A DNA stretch of 58,968 bases, the filler included, from Sphacelaria rigidula (taxonomy: Eukaryota): assembly GCA_964200075.2 (NCBI GenBank). It is 6 parts of 6 records of this genome, joined end to end, with 100 filler letters (N's around TTAATTAATTAA, not from the genome) between each part and the next. Parts side by side here need not be neighbours in the genome. Positions count along the whole stretch, not along the records: positions 1 to 9,746 come from CAXNAA020007853.1; 5 more parts are not named here. One strand, 5' to 3'. Shown one piece after another: positions 1 to 9,846 of this stretch. Under the pieces are notes generated by a model. It was not told the DNA's origin. It worked only from the letters and a program-made list of their open reading frames with translations, and ran no database searches. The stretch's first letter is position 1. Every line of letters starts with the position of its first letter. Made by a program: the position numbers and the translations under genes.

Positions 1-235
1 AAATGCCACTTCAACCCCATATTTTGTATGAACCCCAAAATTTGAAATCGGCTGTTATCCGCTGGCTTTGGAAAAGTTACGCCCGCGTGCTGTGCCGGTG
101 CAGATCGGCATGGACAACCCTAGTTATCTTCTGGCTAGGCAGGTGATCGTTCCTTAGGGGTCATTTCAAAGTGAGAGTCAGAAGGATACAGGTGGAGAGG
201 AAGAGGAAGCTCCTGAGAGTGGAGCCGTACCGCCT

Positions 236-1231
236 ATGAGGGTGCAGCCACAGTCACAGGCGATGGCTGCGAAGGCCCAGCCCAATTGCAACGATCCGGT
301 GAAGGCCGGGTGGCTAGCTTCGTGCATTGAAGTTTTGGTGGCGTTTGGGTTACTGTACTGCAGTTTGCAGTCAAGCTCGGAAAGAGCGGCGATGAAAAGG
401 CCGGAAACGTTTTGCTCGCGAGGGGTGAGCGAATCCAAGGTGGGGGCGCACATTCCCCCTCCCCACGAGGATACGGTGCATGGTGGGGAAAAGGTGCATG
501 GTACTCGCCTGGAGGAGGTGATGAAATTCAATTTCCTCAGCGATGGAGCGAGTGGTCAGCTGGAAAATGGTGGGTTGGACGACGGAGATCCGATCCAAGA
601 TAATTTGGCGATCAAAAACGATGTGAGCAACTTCGGGTGGTTGGAGCCCGCAAAGTCTAGTGTGGAGGCGAAGAAGGTGGAGCATTTTCTGACATGGCTC
701 AAAGCAAAAGCGATGGGGTCGCCGGAGGTATGGGTCGGCGTTACGGGATGGCATGTGAAGAACTGTGCGGTGAGAGCGTTTAATAAGGCGTTGATAGATC
801 GTAGATTTCGGATGGTCAATTCGCCGTTGTCCCATCGTAAATGTAAACGAATGATGCGTGATATTTCTCATATGATGTCCGGTCAGGTGCTTAATGAGGA
901 TGGTGTGGTGCCCTCGAGAGCTGTTGCTATGCGGGACTGTATGGTTGTTCCCGTTCCACCTCTCGTTTCGCCTAAAAAAGCGCCTGAAACAGGAGAAATC
1001 GTCGATGCGCACGCTTCTGCGGAGGCAGAGTATGTGTTGTATTGGCTCGGCGGTAAGGATATGCTGTTTGGTGGCATGTTGAGATTCACCATGGGGGTGC
1101 TAGAGATGGCTGCTAGGAACTACCGTACAAGAGGAATTGTTGCTCTATGGTGTGCAGAAGGTGGTGGTTCCAGTGCTGCTACTTCGCAGGAGCGGACTGG
1201 AAGCCCACAAAGCGGGGATCACCTGAGATGA
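236..1231 (+). pseudogene. Diverged Ty3/gypsy integrase-derived ORF with DDE residues lost
   Basis: VHGTRLEEVMKFNFL...KNDVSNFGWLEP...GSPEVWVGVTGWHVKN...NSPLSHRKCKRMMRDI resembles stramenopile gypsy integrase (HFDFL, DDxSNFVWLEP, GVPEVWVSDTATHFKN, NSPWSNGTCERMMRE). The catalytic positions read N, V and K. A possible chromodomain remnant follows (GEIVDAH...YVLYWLG). Confidence 0.7.
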
Positions 1232-1789
1232 GTGATATAGTGGTGAGCTCCGGATTGGATATTGAGGAGGAGCAAGCACTTGTAAGGGTACTTGTTAGCA
1301 TGAAAAAACACAAGATGGCTGATATTTCCGAATCGTTTTCTGACGATTAAAGGTTGTTATGGTGTGCTTTTTGGGTAATATCTGTGTTGCTGTTCGCGCA
1401 TGAAGCATGACAGTAGAACGGGTGTGCTCGTGTTGCGTTCGCTGGAAAATGCCGGTGTACGCGTGGAATTTGGTATGCGTGTGCGCGTGTTGTGCTGCTC
1501 TGAATAGCATGCATGATGCATGGTTTGTGCAACACAGGTTGCATTGCAGGTCCTGAGTCAAATATTGGCATGGATGTACGAATTTTCGTATGCTGAGTGG
1601 GATCTTGGCATGCATGTGGAATTTTCGCTCGAATGCCACTGATGTGCATGGTGTCTGATGACCGTCAGGGTGGGGCAGTTAACAAAATGCTGCTGAATAA
1701 TGAGCGAAATGTGTCGGCTCGTACTGACTGTAGGAGATGGTGACTGCTGCTGATGACGTGAAAATGAGCTGAAATTACGAAATGCGTAG

Positions 1790-2250
1790 GCTCGTTGTCT
1801 GTGAGCAGAGATCACACGAGTTTTCGTGTGTTTGAGGATAAAAAAAAGTATGCACGTATGAAAACTGATCCTTGCTCCTGGCACGTTTTTGGCGATACTG
1901 TTTAAGGTATCGCGCCAGGTGAGGTTGTTCAACTTGATTTTTGTACGTCGGAAGTAGCGAACTTGACGGTACTAACTGCCTGATGGTTTGCTGTATGTTT
2001 GTTATCCCGGATGATTTGTCAAATTTCGTTTGGTGAGAACCAACCGAGGATTGCACTGCCGAGGTTACGGCTGAGTATTTGTTGCAATTGTGCAAGACTT
2101 TGGGGGTGCGGCGTGTGTAGGTTAGTGATACCGCCACGCACTTCGAGAACCGAGTACAAGAATCGCGCAGCAGAGCGAAGCGCTGGAGGTGCAACACCCA
2201 TTTGATGTTGCGTTTGCCCATTTGTCGAATGGTTCTGAAGCAATGGTCAT
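1790..2250 (+). mobile_element. Second degenerate gypsy integrase relic
   Basis: Manual translation gives PGEVVQLDF...DDLSNFVW*EPTEDCTAEVTAEYLLQLCKTLGVRRV*VSDTATHFENRV, with stops and frameshifts. Confidence 0.75.
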
Positions 2251-2450
2251 GTTATTGTTTTGGTCGATTGAGATGGGTTCGGTGCTGAAGAAAGTACGTA
2301 GAAGTCTTGTCCAGATTGTCTGGCAGAGACTATAGTCTCCATCTCTGTCTCTGTCTCTGTCTCTGCCTCTATCTGTCTTTGTCGTTGTCTTTCTGTCTCT
2401 GTTCCTGTCTCGGTCGCTGTCTACCTCTGCCTCTGTTTTTTATTTTCGTA

Positions 2451-2452
<2 letters not shown>

Positions 2453-2515
<63 letters not shown>

Positions 2516-2520
2516 GTCTG
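2453..2520. repeat. (TCTG)n microsatellite with upstream degenerate CT-rich tract
   Basis: tgtctgtctgtc... run. Confidence 0.95.
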
Positions 2521-3037
2521 TTTTCCTCTCATTCCTTCAATCTCTCTCTGGTGACTCTGCAGATCGCTTGTCCTAAACACCGTCTTGGTTTTCAACGACG
2601 CGACATAGCCGCGCGTTTTCGGTGGCTCATCGTAAGTACGATGAACACAAAAATTAGAAAAAAAATGAGAGATGATGCTACAATAAACCCTACAGTGCGC
2701 TCCTGCCTGCATACAGTGTATACCAAAGTGTATTCATATCTCTTCCATCTTTTTTTAACAAACGCGACAGAATGCTCCATGTTTTCAAAAAAAGAGAAGG
2801 AAAATAGGACCGCGAAAAAAATATCCGTAGACTAAACACCTATAGAATGTCACAAGCAATCACACGTTGGTATACCTCAAGCCAACAACGCCACATCGAA
2901 CCGGTGTGGGAAACGATTTTGCGGGTGTGGGTGGACTGGGAGATGTTTTCTGCTGTTTCCGTCAAACGCTCGACTGACAGCAAATGGTGCTTAATACCAG
3001 AATTCCGAGGTGACTAATATTTTCTTCATATGCTCGC

Positions 3038-3145
3038 CTGCTCCGGCGCTGTGTACGCTCCGAGCTGGCCCGACCTCCGTTGTGAGGCTAACCGGCACGT
3101 CGCTTCGTACTCCTCCAGCTGCCGCCGTCGTGTCCTGGCGTCCAG
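3038..3145 (-). CDS. Exon D of the same unknown protein (LDARTRRRQLEEYEATC...YTAPEQ)
   Basis: Pyrimidine tract and AAG acceptor. Ends at a possible GC donor (CAG|GCGAGC) or reads on to TGA at 3026. Confidence 0.6.
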
Positions 3146-3370
3146 CTTTGAAGAACGAACAAAACGTACGCGAAAAGGGACGGGAGGACAGGTGTGAATG
3201 TTGTCGACGGTCGTGTCTACGCTCAGAATCGCTACGTGTGGGCAATCCCCGCCAAACTCCCGCTCATCGCGTACCATAGGTGGCGGGGTATCGGCCTTCA
3301 GATGACGGCTTTATTTTTCCGGACTGAAAAACTCATCTCCTTGATGCGGTATTCTGAAGGGACGGGGGTC

Positions 3371-3458
3371 GGGGGGGGGGGCGGAGGTGGGGGCGTACTC
3401 ATTTATTGCTTGCCTTAGTCGTTTGACAATTGGCCGCGCATTCCTCCGAGACGGAGCA
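3371..3458 (+). repeat. Poly(G)-headed dispersed short repeat, copy 1
   Basis: G-run then CGTACTCATTTATTGCTTGCCTTAGTCGTTTGAC...CGAGACGGAGCA, matching copies at 4961, 15861, 20037 and 49073. Confidence 0.85.
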
Positions 3459-4448
3459 TGGAAGGGGGGGTGGGATAATGCGTGCGGACGACATACACCG
3501 GAATCTGCGGTATTATGTACGCGGATATGTAGGGGTAGTACATGTCTGTGTCTTACAAACGGACGACGATATCAGGTACATATTCATCAAAAAAGGCGTC
3601 ACTCTAGGAATATACACGAAGGAGAACGCAACACCGCGCTTTATCCACCGAAAGTACAGAAAAGGTGTACCTCTAGCGCCTCCCACCGCCCGCCAGCTTA
3701 TATTTTTTGGTTTGGACGTGGACATGTCCCTATTGTTGTTGTTCTCAAGAAAACGAAAAAAAGGTGGACTAATACGCTGCAAGAAAGATCTGTGTACGCA
3801 ATCACTCGGCCTACCTGCTGGCAGCCACAAGACCCTCGGAATATCAACACGCTACACCTCTACGCGCAATCGCCACTGCCGCTGTCATCGAAAGTGCAGC
3901 ATAGGCACTCGGCCGCAACCGTCATATTCTCAAGCATGTGGGAAAATCAGGCCACTGCTTGAGATTCCTCGAGAAAGCCCGGTGCTGTACGGTGTGTGAT
4001 CCAGTATAGCATCATCCGCGAAAACGATATCTTCAAGGCTCAAACGTTTTCACCCGGCGGGGTTCAAGGGTGGTATACAACTTAACCCAACATAGTACTG
4101 CTGTAGAGAGTACGACATGAACGTAACAATGGTAAAACTCCATCAGTTAGGGTTGTGCTATAGATGCGGGGGGGGGGGGGGTTCGGGCGGGGGGAGTTAG
4201 TATACGGACGGTATACAGTACACGCGTGAAAATACGGTTTCCCTCATGACTGTATTTCATTGGCTTTGTCATCTTCAAGAAAAGCACGCTTCTTTTACCC
4301 GACGTCGTGGGCATTTATGTTCCTCCCTGCAGATACCCCGGCAGCACCCGACGCAATACTTCCTCCTATCTTCGTGGGGGGAAATACCACAAACAACGCA
4401 CACAATGAACGCATCCCGGCACGAAACCTGTTGCGACTGCGAACAACG

Positions 4449-4503
4449 GCGGGGGCAGCAGCAGCAGCAGCAGCGGCGGCGGCGGCAGCAACAACGATGA
4501 CGA
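4449..4503. repeat. Intronic compound (CAG)n(CGG)n trinucleotide tract
   Basis: gcagcagcag...cggcggcgg...caacaacga. Confidence 0.85.
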
Positions 4504-4522
4504 CAACGCGAGATGGACATAC

Positions 4523-4678
4523 CTGAGTTGAGCGATTCCACTCAATCTTTCCCCGAAGGCAAGGGTTGACCGGTATCTCCGCTACCCTTTTGGGGTGCTC
4601 CAATGTATCGTCAGGGTACGCCGCTCGCCGCTCCCGCCTCCTTTCCACCTCCGCTGGAGGAACATCCGAAACTTTAAA
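4523..4678 (-). CDS. Internal exon C of the same unknown protein (FKVSDVPPAEVERR...IEWNRSTQ)
   Basis: cttctttttcttcatcctag acceptor, CAG|GTATGT donor. 156 nt, phase 0/0. Confidence 0.8.
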
Positions 4679-4960
4679 CTAGGATGAAGAAAAAGAAGGG
4701 TACATGCACGAACAGCAAACAGATGTACGTGGCACCAGGACCGCAAATATTTTTGCAAGAAATGGCGACGGTTTGTAACTAACCGTACAACGCATCGCAT
4801 CATAGAAGCGAGACTTTTCAAATACTTGGTGCCCGTACTACTAAAAATATAAACGGTGAATCATCCAGGTCGAGTATTCAACATGCAGTAGATCACGATC
4901 CATTGTGGAATCATTGCGTGTGGAGTGTGGGCACAGATGATGCGAGACGGGGTGCGCGGG

Positions 4961-5041
4961 GTGGGGAGGGGGGCGTGTACTCATTTGTTGCTTGCCTTAG
5001 TCGTTTGACCATTGACCATGCATCCCCTTCGAGACGGAGCA
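4961..5041 (+). repeat. Poly(G)-headed dispersed short repeat, copy 2
   Basis: GTACTCATTTGTTGCTTGCCTTAGTCGTTTGACCATTGACC...CGAGACGGAGCA. Confidence 0.85.
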
Positions 5042-5894
5042 CCATTCCTACTCCTGACAGAGACACCTCCAACATTTAGGTGCTCATTTATGTTTGTTCC
5101 ATAAATGACACGAAAAAGTTTAGATATATCATCCCCGTCCTGTTTCGCCTTCTGTGGCCACCGCCTATCTCCTCGTAAAGCCGTCGTTTTCTCGCTTCTG
5201 TCTAATGCATCAAACGATTTTCATGCCGTATTCGTTCACGTCCCGTTCCTCCTTATACAGTTCACATTCTGTCACTATATCAGTTCAGCTCTCTATTGCT
5301 TTGCGACAGGGGCAATTCTGTGCATCTACTTCCTCCTCCTCTCGACTACTGGCGGGGATGGGGGGGTGGGGGGGCAATATGGCGGTCACGGCAATGGCAA
5401 TTAACCGCCCAGGTGTACAGGGGGGGGGGGCGTACTCATTGCGTCCACTGTTGAAAGCACTCGCACGGGTACCAAACTGCGGAAGGTACTGTCCGTCTCT
5501 GCCGGCTTCGACCGAACATCGCAAGCACCACCGTCCGCACATCAGCGGGGGGGGGGGGGGGGAAGAAAGACGTCAAGAAATATCAATTTACCTTTTCACA
5601 AAAAAGCACAAGACCTGCGCTCAAGTATCGGGATTTCGTCACTTGTACGTACTTGTACGAGATGGGCAAGATATACCTCCTCAGCACACAACAGCACAGA
5701 TATATGTCATTTTCCGTTGAAACACGACGGAAGCAACAAGTGTAGGAATCGCGCTGTGGAAGCGCTACATGAACCGACACTGCTACGCAGCTTCATGCAT
5801 TTTGCAGGCAAAACCGGTGAATATATGGTGCTGCACAGCATATCTCTTCCCTCAGCTCAAAACATGCACCAACGTGTATCTGTCCAGCCGTTAC

Positions 5895-6089
5895 CCGGTG
5901 CTGTCGAGGAACGGGATCGGGAGACTTCGGCGGCAACTTCTCCGCTCTGTAGCTGTACTGGTACGGCTTTCCAGGATCCAAATCCGAGTTGCTCTTGGTT
6001 CGCACGTCTTTCAGGCGGTCGGCGTCGAGGCTCACACTCGATAGCCACCCCAGCCGCTCCCCACATGCCAGAATCTTTCTTTCTTTCCA
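5895..6089 (-). CDS. Internal exon B of the same unknown protein (WKERKILACGERLGW...PVPRQHR)
   Basis: Pyrimidine tract, AAG acceptor, CGG|GTAACG donor. 195 nt, phase 0/0, open. Confidence 0.7.
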
Positions 6090-6402
6090 CTTTATGTAGG
6101 GAGGGAAAAAAATACACACAGGTATCTGAGGCCGCTGTATCAGGAGCGCGCAGCGTGCGAGGAGACACCGAAGCTCGAGAACCGAGCGAATGATTAGCAA
6201 ATTGCTTCACCATTTTGAAAAATACCTCGACTCTTGCGATGCACACGCCACGACGGGAATTACCCGTTTCACTGGGGAAAACATATACACATACAAGTGG
6301 TCAAAGGAGTGTCCTGTAGATGTGTGAACATGTTGCTCCCGGTAGTGCTACTAATGTCCCCTGAGGTGTGTGTGGGGTATGTTGTTGACGTGTGTGACGT
6401 AC

Positions 6403-6507
6403 CTCTTTTACAGTCTTCTTGCGCTCCCGGCTGGCGGCTGGAACATCATCCCTGTGAAACACGATCTGGTTGCTGCCGAAGTTCTTAGGACCTTTGACAC
6501 TGCCGAT
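6403..6507 (-). CDS. Internal exon A of an unknown protein (IGSVKGPKNFGSNQIVFHRDDVPAASRERKKTVKE)
   Basis: Long upstream pyrimidine tract, CAG acceptor, GAG|GTACGT donor. 105 nt, phase 0/0. Confidence 0.75.
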
Positions 6508-8104
6508 CTGTGTTGGTAATGTTTAAGCGCGCGGTAGGGAAACGGGTCAATCGAGACACAAAATGGAATGCAGAGATGGAGGAAGGGAGGGAAGGAGAGA
6601 GGAAGAGAAAGGGAGAAAAAAAGGGCAGAAGAAATCGCCGCGCGGAATACCACCTGCTACCGAGAAATCAATGAGATCAAATGTAGCTCAAGTGCAGCAT
6701 TTTGGAGTGATCCGAGTTTGGGTGGTGAAATCTTGTTTTGTATTTGCGGAATCCTCATGGGCATGAAAATCTTCGCGCCGCAAGATGTTATTCCGGTCGT
6801 GGCCGATTTGTCGGCACTGGGAACGCAGCTGTGATGTACTTCAATGAGTATGTATTAGAGAGATACATTTAGCAAGGTCTAGTCTCCCGAGAGATCGAGG
6901 GTATAACGCAGTGGGAAAGTCCGTATGTTACAGACCGCACGGCGCAGCTGTGGTGTCAGCGTGACGCTGTCGTGAAAGGGACGGCGGGTGAAATGCGAAT
7001 GGAGAAATTTTCATATGATGCCAAAAGCGAAACGAAAAAGAGAGATGGGAGTGAGTGGTCATGAGGCGTGATTAATTCACGGAGAGGAACATACGGTCGG
7101 TTCACGAGGAACATTATGGTTGTTCTGGTTTTCCTCACCACCCTCCTGATGTTTGACATCGTGTTACTCGACGTGTGACTGCGTAATGTGTGTGCTGTGT
7201 GTACGAATGCATGCGCTTTGTACGGTACTGTTCTACTGCTAATGTTGTCGCCACGGTGCTATACTGCAGGGGGAGATGATGCGGAAGTACGGCGGCGCGC
7301 CGAAACATTTTTTGGCGATCAACAGCTTGCCGCAGAAGTCAGTTTTAGGGCCCGCCGAATGTTTTGAAACAAGAGACTATTTCTTCGCTGGAGTTGCCAG
7401 GCTGACACTATCACCATGTATATGTACATATTTTTATATATGTTCTCTGCAACCATATATTCTGCATCGAACACTTCGAACTATCCTTTGTCTTGGAATC
7501 GCTCGACTTGAACGGTGGCGCGAAGCGCCTAAAACCTTATCGAGAATATATCATTTACCGTTTGCCTGTGACGGCTTGCCTACAGACAGGCGTCATTTTG
7601 CTGCATTTACAGTCATTTCGATCTTCAAGTACATATCTTTCGGGGCCACTTCGCTCTCTGAAGCTCTGAGAAGCCAGCGGTTCTTCTTTACTCGATTTTG
7701 AAGCACGCTTTTTCGCTGATTATAAGTATCAGCCCCTTCGCTTGCATTTCGCTGGATATTAGGGTGCGCTGTGGTTCTGTTCAGGTTCGGAGAACAGCTT
7801 TCCGCGCTGTGTGCTGCATGGCGTTTTGACGCTGCGATGCGTTCCGTTTGATGCTTTTCCTCGCTAGACGTCTCAGTGGATCATTTGACCGTCGGAGATG
7901 CCATCTCTCGACCGCACACAGGCAACATTCATTCGTGGAACCGGCAGCGTTTTCACTCGAAAATTGAATCTGCATCATGCTCAGTTGAATCTGAACTGTA
8001 CGAAACGACAGCGTGCCATCGCTCTCCGTTCAACTCTGGGGGCACACCTCGAGCATGCTGTGGTCTTTCCCGCATTCGCATCGTCTCGACTACTTTGCCC
8101 TTTT

Positions 8105-8359
8105 GACACCCTCTACGATAGCCCCCCCAAAACCAGCACAAAGCTGTCACGAAGAAAATGGTCATACAGCGCCTGATGCTTGGTTGCAGGCTGCATAAAG
8201 CGCTTCATATGCGCGACGTTGGCGAAAACGAACGCAGGCGTGGGGGTTCCCAGCTGCTAGTTGTGCTCGGCTTCTTTCAAACCGATTTACGTGTAGACTT
8301 TGCCCCCCGAATCCAGCCACTTTTCGTTTTTTTGGGGGGGGGCTATCGTAGAACGTGCC
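8105..8359 (+). mobile_element. ~250-bp MITE with GACACTTTCTACGATAGCCCC-type TIRs, copy 1
   Basis: TIRs gacaccctctacgatagcccc / ggggctatcgtagaacgtgcc, TTTT on both flanks. Interior is the reverse complement of copies at 41514 and 42430. Confidence 0.85.
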
Positions 8360-8472
8360 TTTTACTGTCTGTAGACTGATGTTGTAGTTGCTGCTGCTAC
8401 TCTACCGTACATGCGGTTTTGTTCATCATGAGGCGCTAAAACCAACGGCTACTTTTTCAGATTTGAGACGAC

Positions 8473-8731
8473 AGCCGGTCGCCCCGGTGGCTCAGTTGGT
8501 CACCTCGAAACCTTCTGACAATTGGGTCGTGGGTTTGAAGTCACACAATCTGGGATTTTATCTCACACCATGCCCGACAGTAGAGAGCGACTATGCCGTG
8601 GGTAGGCAAAATTCGACTTCACGGTCGACCGGGGAAAGGGACCGCTGAACTTCTCTCGCGATGAAAAAATAAGGCAAGCACCGCCGAAGGAAGGTGGAGA
8701 ACTAAAACAAATATAAAATATGGAAAAAAAA
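8473..8731 (+). mobile_element. tRNA-derived SINE, copy 1
   Basis: GCCCCGGTGGCTCAGTTGG (A box), degenerate B box GGTTTGAAG, shared body (GAGAGCGACTATG...GAAGGAAGGTGGAGAACTAAAAC), A-rich tail. Confidence 0.85.
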
Positions 8732-9746
8732 CTCTGAGCCAGCCTTCCTCCTGTATGACATGTAACGCACATAAACATCACTGGTTCGCGCGGATCTCAC
8801 ACACAAATAATCGTTCCTCATTGAATTCTGAGCAGATATGTGCCAGGTCATGTACAGCTCGGCTTCTAAAAAGCTCCGGATCAAGCTGTGTGTTTTTGGT
8901 CTGCGGGGGCGATGAGTTTCCCGCGTTTGTGATCAAGCTGTGTGTTTTCGGTTCGTGGGGGCAATGAGTTCCCCGCGTTCACCTCTGATTGCGTTGGGTT
9001 GTTCGTCATGTGTCAAGCCTTTGCATAAGTCTCTGTCAACGGGACACCTACGTTCCTTTTCGAGCGAGAAACGAGGCAAAACTCTTCGTTCATGGAATTG
9101 GCATTATTTTCACTCAAAATTAGTATCGGCATCATGTCTACTTGAGAATCAGAAAATGTACGAAACAGTGGCGTGCCGTCTTTCTCCACTGAACGCTCGG
9201 GGCGGGGTTGGCATGCCTCGAGCGCGATGTGATCTTGCATGCACGTCGCACAGTACGTACATGCGATTTGTTTCCATGAGACACTGAAAATAACGGCATC
9301 TACTATTTTCACCCTTAGACCGCCAGGGTAAATAATTTGGGCCATGCAGTATATTTTCAAGTGCAGGTGATGTCGATTCAACAGATAACCTCCCATGGCG
9401 GTTAAATGGTCAAATTCGAGCCTCCACCATTCCAAAATTGAATCGGCATCAATTTCACTTGGAAAAAAATGCGTGGCCCAAATGACAACCCCCGTGGTCT
9501 GGGGCCACGAGGTTCATAGCGGTGATGATGCCGAGCCGAGAAAGGAGACGGTGACGAGGCCAGCAGAAACTGATATTTCCCCGGAAGCTCAGCTGATAAG
9601 CAGCTACGGCTTAAGCTGTATGTTTTTGGTTTGCGGGGGCAGTCAATTTCTCAGGTTCACCTTTGATTGTGATGGGTGTACTCATGATCATGCATGCCAT
9701 AGTCATCAGACCATTGACCTCGCATCCCTACAAAGCCGGGACGGAG

Positions 9747-9846
9747 NNNNNNNNNNNNNNNNNNNNNNNNNNNNNNNNNNNNNNNNNNNNTTAATTAATT
9801 AANNNNNNNNNNNNNNNNNNNNNNNNNNNNNNNNNNNNNNNNNNNN
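9747..9846. other. Artificial contig linker (N44-TTAATTAATTAA-N44)
   Basis: 100-nt spacer with a six-frame stop cassette. Identical spacers recur about every 9845 nt. Confidence 0.98.

Noticed and set aside
371..1012. 213-aa minus-strand ORF
   Set aside because: Antisense shadow of the integrase-derived ORF.
2307..2835. ORFs with VCLS/TDRQ repeats
   Set aside because: Translations of the TCTG microsatellite.
6650..7160. Upstream exons of the contig-1 gene
   Set aside because: Splice-like sites exist, but I could not build a stop-free frame joining exon 6403-6507.
8481..8545. tRNA gene (also at 31040-31121 and 49734-49800)
   Set aside because: No complete acceptor stem, and it continues into a shared body with an A-rich tail, so it is a SINE head.
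9791..9802. Recurrent TTAATTAATTAA at ~9.85-kb period as a biological periodic signal
   Set aside because: It is a standard artificial stop linker embedded in Ns.
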